From IMG/VR virus record IMGVR_UViG_3300033475_000030, positions 1 through 54,409 of that record: 54,409 bases of DNA. The stretch is one strand, 5' to 3'. Source of the DNA: a virus (lineage: Duplodnaviria > Caudoviricetes). This document shows positions 48,269 to 54,409 of this stretch, piece by piece. Position 1 is the stretch's first letter. Each line of letters starts with the position of its first letter. Both the position numbers and the translations under genes were made by a program. The notes beneath the pieces are model-generated. The model ran no database searches and was not told where the DNA came from. It saw only the letters and a list, made by a program, of their open reading frames with translations.

Positions 48269-48744
48269 GCACCAACACAACCGAAGCCGCGACCGATCTC
48301 CTGCGCGATGCGATGCTTATGACGCTCCATCCGGTCGGCCCCGCCGTAGTTGCCGTGAAGACGGCTCAGACGAAGCTGCGCGACGCTGAGCACATCACCG
48401 AGGCATTCCTTGCGGCCGGCGCGCTGATCCTTGCCATTGAGGCGCTGGAGGATGTCGCAAACAACGCTGCCGGGGTATCGCGCGCCATCCTGCGAGAGCA
48501 AATGGCCGACGCTGGCTGCTATTCGCTCGGTGGGGAAGCGTTCAGCCTCACGCTGGCGGACGCGCCGCGCTCGGTCCAGATAACGGACCCATCAGCGTTG
48601 CCGCCAGAGATGATGACCACTCCAGAACCGCAGCCGGACCGCAAGGCCATCGCGGCGGCACTGAAGAATGGCCCGGTGCCGGGCGCCGCACTCTCCAATG
48701 GCGGAGCGCCCACGCTTCGCATTTCCCCGAAGAGGACAAAGTAA
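48265..48744 (+). CDS. Siphovirus Gp157-family protein
   Basis: SV.ITD...LP.E......PDRKAI..ALK.G.VPGA.L; adjacent to RecT. Confidence 0.85.
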   Translation: MSTNTTEAATDLLRDAMLMTLHPVGPAVVAVKTAQTKLRDAEHITEAFLAAGALILAIEALEDVANNAAGVSRAILREQMADAGCYSLGGEAFSLTLADAPRSVQITDPSALPPEMMTTPEPQPDRKAIAAALKNGPVPGAALSNGGAPTLRISPKRTK

Positions 48745-49635
48745 ATGAACGCGATTGTTCCGCAGTCACAGACATCACTCAGTACCGGCCTTATGCCGAC
48801 GAGCATGGATGGAGCCATGCAGCTCGCAAAGCTCATGGCAACGGCCGATCTTGTTCCGATACATCTCCAGGGCAAGCCGGGCAACTGCCTGCTTATCGTT
48901 GAACAGGCGATGCGCTGGAAGATGAGCCCCTTCGCCGTCGCCCAAGCTACCGGTATTGTCAAAGGTAAGTTGTCGTACGAGGGCAAGCTCGTCGCGGCGG
49001 CGATACAGACGAGCGGCGTCCTCGATGGCCGTCTGGACTACGAGTTTACCGGAGAGGGCAAAGACCTCGCCGTCGTGGTTTCCGGCAGGATCCGAGGCGA
49101 GACCAAGACGAGAACCGTCACTGTCACTCTGGCATCTGCTAAGACTGACAATGGTTGGTGGGCCAAGACGCCCGAGCAAATGCTGACCTACCACGGGGCT
49201 CGCGTCTGGGCGCGCCGTCACACGCCAGAGGTGATGCTTGGCGTGTATTCGCCAGAAGAGTTCGATGAGCATCAGACCCGTGAGCCGACGCCCTATACCG
49301 CAGGCCCAACGATCGAGGCGAAGGCAGAGCCAGCGCGCACGCAAGCGACTAAGCAGACGCTGGGGCAGTCAATCGATGATGAGATTCCTGACTTCGATGC
49401 ACCACAGGAGAAGAAAGCAGTTTCCGCACCCGACTTCGACAAGATGTTGGAGGCGTTCGCATATGACGTTGCCGTTCTCCAGAGCAAGGAAGCCTTCGAC
49501 GACATTTCGAAACGTGCCAGGGGGTTCTTCAAGCTTCTGGAAGAAGCGGGCAAAGATGACCTGAAGGAGCAAGCCGTGCAGCATATCTCTGACGCCCGCA
49601 CTCGCTTCTACGACACCACCCCGGCGGCAGCGTGA
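48745..49635 (+). CDS. recT: RecT/Redbeta-superfamily ssDNA annealing protein
   Basis: A..MA....VP.HL.GKP.NC, A.RW.M.PFAVA, W...P.QML.Y...R.WAR...PEV.LGVY..EE. Confidence 0.85.
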   Translation: MNAIVPQSQTSLSTGLMPTSMDGAMQLAKLMATADLVPIHLQGKPGNCLLIVEQAMRWKMSPFAVAQATGIVKGKLSYEGKLVAAAIQTSGVLDGRLDYEFTGEGKDLAVVVSGRIRGETKTRTVTVTLASAKTDNGWWAKTPEQMLTYHGARVWARRHTPEVMLGVYSPEEFDEHQTREPTPYTAGPTIEAKAEPARTQATKQTLGQSIDDEIPDFDAPQEKKAVSAPDFDKMLEAFAYDVAVLQSKEAFDDISKRARGFFKLLEEAGKDDLKEQAVQHISDARTRFYDTTPAAA

Positions 49636-50423
49636 TGGGCACCGAACCGAGCGAGGTGGAGCAGGTGGCGCGTGAAGCTTGGCAGGAACTTGTGGAGCGA
49701 GACGACCGCACATCGCCAGCCGAATATCCCGAAATGGCTCTGATAACTCAGGATGAACTTGCGGAATTCATTGCAGAGGCTGTTGCCCTGGAAGCACGCG
49801 AGCGCGTCATTGCCGTGACGATGATGCGGGAGGCGGCGGCCCATGCATGTGAGGAGCAGGCGCGTACGTTCCTGTCGCCGGAATATGCAACCGGCCAACC
49901 ACTCAGTAGCTTCAACGAGAGGTTCGCCTGCAAGGAATGTGCGGATGCTATCCGCGCGCTCCCCCTCACCACGGAGCCCGCCGCAATGACCGAGCAATGC
50001 ACGCCCGAGGGCGCGGAGGATGTCTATTCCGTCATCAAACCGCGCGTCCTTCAGTATACACTCAATGACCATTGGATCGCGCCGGGCGGCGAGGGGCCAC
50101 TAGCGTATCAGTGGAGCGACAAGCCGCACCGCTTGGTCTACGATCTGATCGCGTCTCGGATGAATGCTGACGCTGAACTCGCCCGCCTCCGCACCACCAT
50201 CGAGGGGCAGGCCCTCACGCTCCAGGACTCGTCGGCGGCGCTGGCGATGGTGACCAAGGAGCGGGATGCGCAGACCAAGCTTGTTGAGGCTTGCCGCAAG
50301 TTTGTAGAACACCGCGCTGAAGATACGCGTAACGTTACGTTTCACACAGGAGTTGCTGCTTATTGGTTCGGCGAGATGCGAGCCGCCCTCAACGCCAGCG
50401 CGGGGGGAGGTTTCTGCCCTTGA
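49632..50423 (+). CDS. Mosaic hypothetical protein (Ead/Ea22-like modules)
   Basis: Short modules joined by EQVAR, ADAIRAL and coiled-coil linkers. Confidence 0.65.
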   Translation: MMGTEPSEVEQVAREAWQELVERDDRTSPAEYPEMALITQDELAEFIAEAVALEARERVIAVTMMREAAAHACEEQARTFLSPEYATGQPLSSFNERFACKECADAIRALPLTTEPAAMTEQCTPEGAEDVYSVIKPRVLQYTLNDHWIAPGGEGPLAYQWSDKPHRLVYDLIASRMNADAELARLRTTIEGQALTLQDSSAALAMVTKERDAQTKLVEACRKFVEHRAEDTRNVTFHTGVAAYWFGEMRAALNASAGGGFCP

Positions 50424-50495
50424 GTCTTGCAATGACAAAGACGGTGGTGCGCGTCGACATCCTGACATGCCTTGGTTGACCGAGGATGACGTGCC

Positions 50496-50807
50496 ATGAC
50501 AGACCGCGCGGCGCAGAGCGAAAACCAAACATGCAACGGGTGCGAGGATCAGTCCTATTGCCTGACTATCGCTAAGACATGCATTAGGTCAGATGGCTCA
50601 GTTTCCTTCCTGCCCACAGACCGCGCGGCGCTGCTGGAGCAGGTGGCGAGAGCCGCATTCGAACTCGGTTACGATTATGGAGTTCAGCGCATGCAAATGG
50701 GCAAGACAATGCCCGACAAAGCCGAGGCTTGGAGGCAAGGGAAGCAGTTCATCACGCTCCCGCCCATCGGGGACGCGGGCACGGGGAGGATCAACAATGG
50801 CGTCTGA
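50496..50807 (+). CDS. Hypothetical protein with a repeat-flanked 4-Cys module
   Basis: TDRAA occurs twice around CNGC-x5-C-x6-C. Confidence 0.6.
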   Translation: MTDRAAQSENQTCNGCEDQSYCLTIAKTCIRSDGSVSFLPTDRAALLEQVARAAFELGYDYGVQRMQMGKTMPDKAEAWRQGKQFITLPPIGDAGTGRINNGV

Positions 50808-51471
50808 GTGGAGAAAAGTGGCTGACCTTAGTGGATACGAGATTTCCTCTGAAGGAGCACTCCGAAACGCCAAAACTGGAAGAGAGCTTAGGGGCCAGAA
50901 AACTTCTGGAGGATACATCCGGTTTTGCGTTTCCTCTGGAGGAAAGCCGAAGGGGATAATGGCGCACAGAATAGTATGTGCAGAGTTTTTGGGGCCGGTT
51001 CCCGACCAAATGCAGGTTAACCACAAGGATCATGACCCATCGAACAATAGGGTGGACAACCTTGAGTTTGTTTACGCTCGTGAGAATAACAACCACAGAA
51101 ACCAAATAAGAGAACGATCTCTACCCAAGGGGGTATTCATATCAAAACAGAGAAAGGTGAAGATATTCAGAGCGACATATGAACATCTTGGTAATCGCTA
51201 CCACCTAGGATATTTTGATACCCCAGAAGAGGCGCACCTAGCATATTTGGCATCCATTCCAGATCATGAATCCAAATACGCTTCCTCAATCGCTAAGGTC
51301 CTAGAAGAGATACCACATATTGTGCCTTCTTATTCCCTTAGAGATAAACGGGATTATGTGGGTAACGGAACGCACAAATGCCGGCGCTGCGGAAGATTTG
51401 TGAAGAGTTTCATTCAGAAATGCTCCTCATGCGCTCTGACCCCACCCACACAGGAGACCGGCCATGACTGA
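50797..51471 (+). CDS. NUMOD4-HNH homing-type endonuclease with AP2-like domain
   Basis: EWRK....GYEIS..G, HRIV...F, VNHKD....NNR.DNLE, LPKGV, LGYFDT.EEA..AY; AT-rich. Confidence 0.9.
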   Translation: MASEWRKVADLSGYEISSEGALRNAKTGRELRGQKTSGGYIRFCVSSGGKPKGIMAHRIVCAEFLGPVPDQMQVNHKDHDPSNNRVDNLEFVYARENNNHRNQIRERSLPKGVFISKQRKVKIFRATYEHLGNRYHLGYFDTPEEAHLAYLASIPDHESKYASSIAKVLEEIPHIVPSYSLRDKRDYVGNGTHKCRRCGRFVKSFIQKCSSCALTPPTQETGHD

Positions 51472-53075
51472 CGACACCAAAACCGATGCGATTACGAAAG
51501 ACGAATTCTGCGACCGCTTTGTCAAGCGACAGGTCGGCGCCGCGCAACGGTTTCTCCAGCGCGAGGATGGCGAGGACATCGAAGCGGTGCGCCAGCATGC
51601 AGAAGAAACTGCCCGATCCTATTGGGACGATGAGGAACAGCGTGAAGACGGCCCGGAAGAGTGCGCCGATACCGACATGTCCTATTGGGAGGATGACTCC
51701 AATGAGTGACGACACCGCGCAAGGCACATTTGCTTGCCCGATATGCGGCAAGGAAACGCCGCACGGACATGATCCTATGGTCGTGCGTGCGTATGAAGAA
51801 ACTCGAAGGAAGCCCCAGAGCCATCCTGCTGACGACACCGCGCGAGCACGTCAGGCGTATTCGATATGGGCCAAGGAAAATATCGGAACGTGTTTGACTG
51901 TCGGCGAAAGAGCATTCGGTTTTAACGCATGGCTCGCCGCCTGGACCTCCCGCGCCCCGGCCCAGGATGAGCGGGCGGATGCGATTGCAGAGGGTCGCCG
52001 TCAGGGATTGGAAGAGGCGGCGAAGTGGCATGATGAATGCCAAACCGCCTCTGTTATGGATGGCATCCATGGTGCTTGTGCCGTAGCCATCCGCGCCCTG
52101 ATCGACGCAGAGACTGCGCAATACCGCGCCGCCGTGGACGGTCTGAATAGCATCACTGATCGCGAGATCGCCGACCGCGAGGGGGCGCGGTGATGGTGCA
52201 GTTCGCTTATGGGTTTCTGGCTGGCATCCTATTCATCACGGTTACCAGAGAAGTAGCGCGGCAAATCGCACAGCGCCGCGCAGGGACGGAGGGGCGGTGA
52301 TGGCTGATCGCGACAATCTCTATCCTGCATGCGCTGGCGCTTCTCTGCGATGGCACGAAAAATGCCCGAGGTGCGGCGCCGGCAGGCAGGACAACTGCGG
52401 CGACAATGCGGCTTATGAAGCGCAATTGCGTCGTCGTGGCGTGACGCCTCCATGCAACCCGTGCTGCGCCACCAAAGACACCGAGATCGCCGCTATCCGC
52501 GCTGAGCGGGACAGGCTGGCTGAGGACGCTGATCGCTTCCGGTGGCTGCTCAAGCATTGGAACAATGATGCCATTGAGGTGTTCATCACACCGATGCTCA
52601 CGGATGACGGCGATGAAATTCGCGCGGACATAGATACCATGCGGAGGGCTGTGGCCGGTGAGTGACACCACCTACATCTGGCGTTGGCGCGCCCGGCTAC
52701 CCGAGCGCTACGGGCAGCGGTGCCGCATGCTAGTGCGCGGCGCTCGGAACAGCTGCCTTCTCGAATTCGAGGACGGCTATCGCGTGGTGACCAGCCGGAA
52801 CGGAATCAGGAGAGCAGATGCGAGCCGGTAGATTCACACCAGATGAGGACCGCAGAATGGATTCCCTGCGCACATCGGGGAAAAGCATCCGAGCGGTGGC
52901 GCGGGAAATGGAGAGGTGTCCGTCATCCATCCAGATGAGACTTCGGCGCCTGGCCGAGATAGCGGAGTGCGACTTGGACGATATGACGGAGGTTCTGGCA
53001 GCCATATCCGCAGCCACAACGCTGGCGGTCGCCAAGCGTCTAGCCGCTGCAGCGCTAAGGAGGGTTGATGGCTGA
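51464..53075 (+). CDS. Small ORFs 51464-51709, 51702-52193, 52193-52300 (TM peptide), 52300-52665, 52658-52831, 52818-53075 (Myb/HTH-like)
   Basis: Coupled overlaps; FTP.ED..M..LR..G.S....AR.M.R..SSI..RL in the last ORF. Confidence 0.65.
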
Positions 53076-53343
53076 GGACCGTTGGCTCACCCGAGATGAG
53101 GTGGCCGCCTATATCAAAAAGCGCGTGGACTACCTGCCCCGTCTCCAGAAGGCAGGGAAGCTGCCGAAGCCGTCCTACCTTTTCGGGCCGAAGTCACCGC
53201 TCTGGGATCGCCATTTGATCGATCTGGCACTCAGTGGCAACGTCTCCACCGAGGTGGATGGGATCGTGGAGGGGATTGCAGATGAAATCCGGGCAGGAAG
53301 CCTTAAAGGTCGTCACAAGAACACTCGCGGACGGCACCCGTAA
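53068..53343 (+). CDS. xis: Excisionase-like HTH protein
   Basis: RWLTR.E.AAYI ... G.LP.P ... WDR..ID; overlaps the int start. Confidence 0.8.
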   Translation: MAEDRWLTRDEVAAYIKKRVDYLPRLQKAGKLPKPSYLFGPKSPLWDRHLIDLALSGNVSTEVDGIVEGIADEIRAGSLKGRHKNTRGRHP

Positions 53344-54253
53344 AACCTATTCCTACGAGAAGAAGGAGAAGCGCCCCCGGATCGGGCGCTATCCTCCCGG
53401 CAGCATCGGGGCACTGACCGTAGCATACCGAGGAAGCCCTGAGTTCCTGCGTCTCCAGCCGGCGACCAAGAAGAATTACCTCCTGTATCTCAGCTTCCTC
53501 GAACGCATGCAGATGACGGCAGCAGCCGATATCCGGCGCCGGAACATCATCACCCTTAGAAATTCCATAGCCGTGGCGAGAGGACCGGCGGCCGGAAACT
53601 GCTTCACCATGGTGACCAGCGTCCTATTCTCCTGGGCGCGGGAGAACGGCTACATGGACACGTCGCCTGTCGAGCGCATCCGCAAGCTGGAGGGCGGCCA
53701 TTACCCGGCCTGGACCAATGCCCAGGCGCAGGAGGCGATTGCCGGGCTGCCCGAGGCCCTGCGCCGGGTGGTGGTACTGGGGATGCTCACCGGCCAGCGT
53801 CGCGGCGACCTGATCCGTATGACCTGGAACAATTACGATGGCGCGACCCTGCGCCTGACACAGGCCAAGACCGGCATGAAGGTGGTGATCCCGGTTGACG
53901 CAGAGCTAAAGGCCGAGCTCGACGCATGGGTTCTGGCGAAGGTCTCCCCGCTGATCCTCACGACGCCGGGCGGCCGGCCATGGGATGGCTGCTACCTCTC
54001 AAAGGAACTCAGCCTGGCCCTCCAATCTCTCGGGCTGCCGAAGGGCCTCAACGTCCACGGGCTCAGGAAGCTGCGCGCCGCGAACCTCGCCGAGGCCGGA
54101 TGCAGCACGCACGAGATCGCAGCGCATACGGGCCACAAGACGCTCTCGATGGTGCAATTATACACTCAGTCCGTATCCCGCGAGAGGCTTGCCGAGACCG
54201 CCGTTTTGAAGATGGAAAAGGCCTCTAGGAAAACGCGAGAAAACGCTCCGTAA
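53282..54253 (+). CDS. int: Phage integrase (tyrosine recombinase)
   Basis: N-terminal arm-binding beta domain LADG.R.TY.Y; TGQR.GD, Q.KT, HGLRK, GH.T..M...Y. Confidence 0.95.
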   Translation: MKSGQEALKVVTRTLADGTRKTYSYEKKEKRPRIGRYPPGSIGALTVAYRGSPEFLRLQPATKKNYLLYLSFLERMQMTAAADIRRRNIITLRNSIAVARGPAAGNCFTMVTSVLFSWARENGYMDTSPVERIRKLEGGHYPAWTNAQAQEAIAGLPEALRRVVVLGMLTGQRRGDLIRMTWNNYDGATLRLTQAKTGMKVVIPVDAELKAELDAWVLAKVSPLILTTPGGRPWDGCYLSKELSLALQSLGLPKGLNVHGLRKLRAANLAEAGCSTHEIAAHTGHKTLSMVQLYTQSVSRERLAETAVLKMEKASRKTRENAP

Positions 54254-54295
54254 GCCTCTGGAGTCAAAAGCACAGCACACATTTCATGGCGCTGT
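54229..54295. other. Putative attR: arm-type repeats and core inverted repeat
   Basis: GAAAACGC twice with a 10-bp period (54229, 54239); ACAGCAC-N10-GCGCTGT around the MCP breakpoint. Confidence 0.6.
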
Positions 54296-54409
54296 TGACC
54301 TCGGCCAGACCCGTCGACTGCTCCTGGGCGGAGGAGGCGATATCTCCGATGAGGCCGTTGAGGCGCGAGACCTGATCGGCGATGCGGTCCAGCGCCTTTC
54401 CGGTCTCGC
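54264..54409 (-). pseudogene. Host methyl-accepting chemotaxis protein gene, truncated at the prophage junction
   Basis: ETGKALDRIADQVSRLNGLIGDIASSAQEQSTGLAEVNSAM then KCVLCF* where NQMDQ.TQQNAA is expected. Confidence 0.85.

Larger units (their letters stand above)
1..54283. mobile_element. Integrated temperate prophage (lambda-like head, Mu/SfV-like contractile tail); left end outside window
   Basis: Contiguous tail, head, terminase, replication, cI/cro and xis/int modules; an abrupt switch to a host MCP reading frame about 30 bp after int. Confidence 0.95.

Noticed and set aside
1-54409. CRISPR arrays, tRNA/rRNA genes, IS elements, par genes
   Set aside because: None was recognised by eye; the lack of parAB weakens a true phage-plasmid interpretation

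Overview
The window is almost entirely one integrated temperate prophage of about 62% GC. The host is probably an Alphaproteobacterium, judged from GapR/DUF2312, DUF6362-like and DUF1376-like genes. The left end is cut inside a tail gene, so the lysis genes and attL lie outside the window. The minus strand carries a late operon with a Mu/SfV-like contractile tail and a lambda-like head and packaging module, including a readable cosQ/cosN site. It continues with a second, Xer-like tyrosine recombinase that has its own dif-like site, a DUF6362-like late regulator with a promoter-terminator pair, about 25 small early genes, a replication block (initiator with iterons, DnaB, SSB, RuvC-like, GapR, methyltransferase) and cro. 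The plus strand carries cI, the other early arm (Gp157, RecT, HNH, many micro-genes), xis and int. Just past int, the phage appears to interrupt a host methyl-accepting chemotaxis (MCP) gene. Two antisense morons sit inside the tail operon: an acyltransferase-3 and a small 3-TM protein. The most notable observations are the Xer-like recombinase with a perfect-geometry 12-6-12 site about 1.8 kb from cos, integration into the conserved MCP signalling hairpin, in-frame Cys/His micro-modules flanked by 14-16 bp direct repeats, and a run of unannotated membrane micropeptides behind cro. Family calls come from motifs recognised by eye; no database searches were run.
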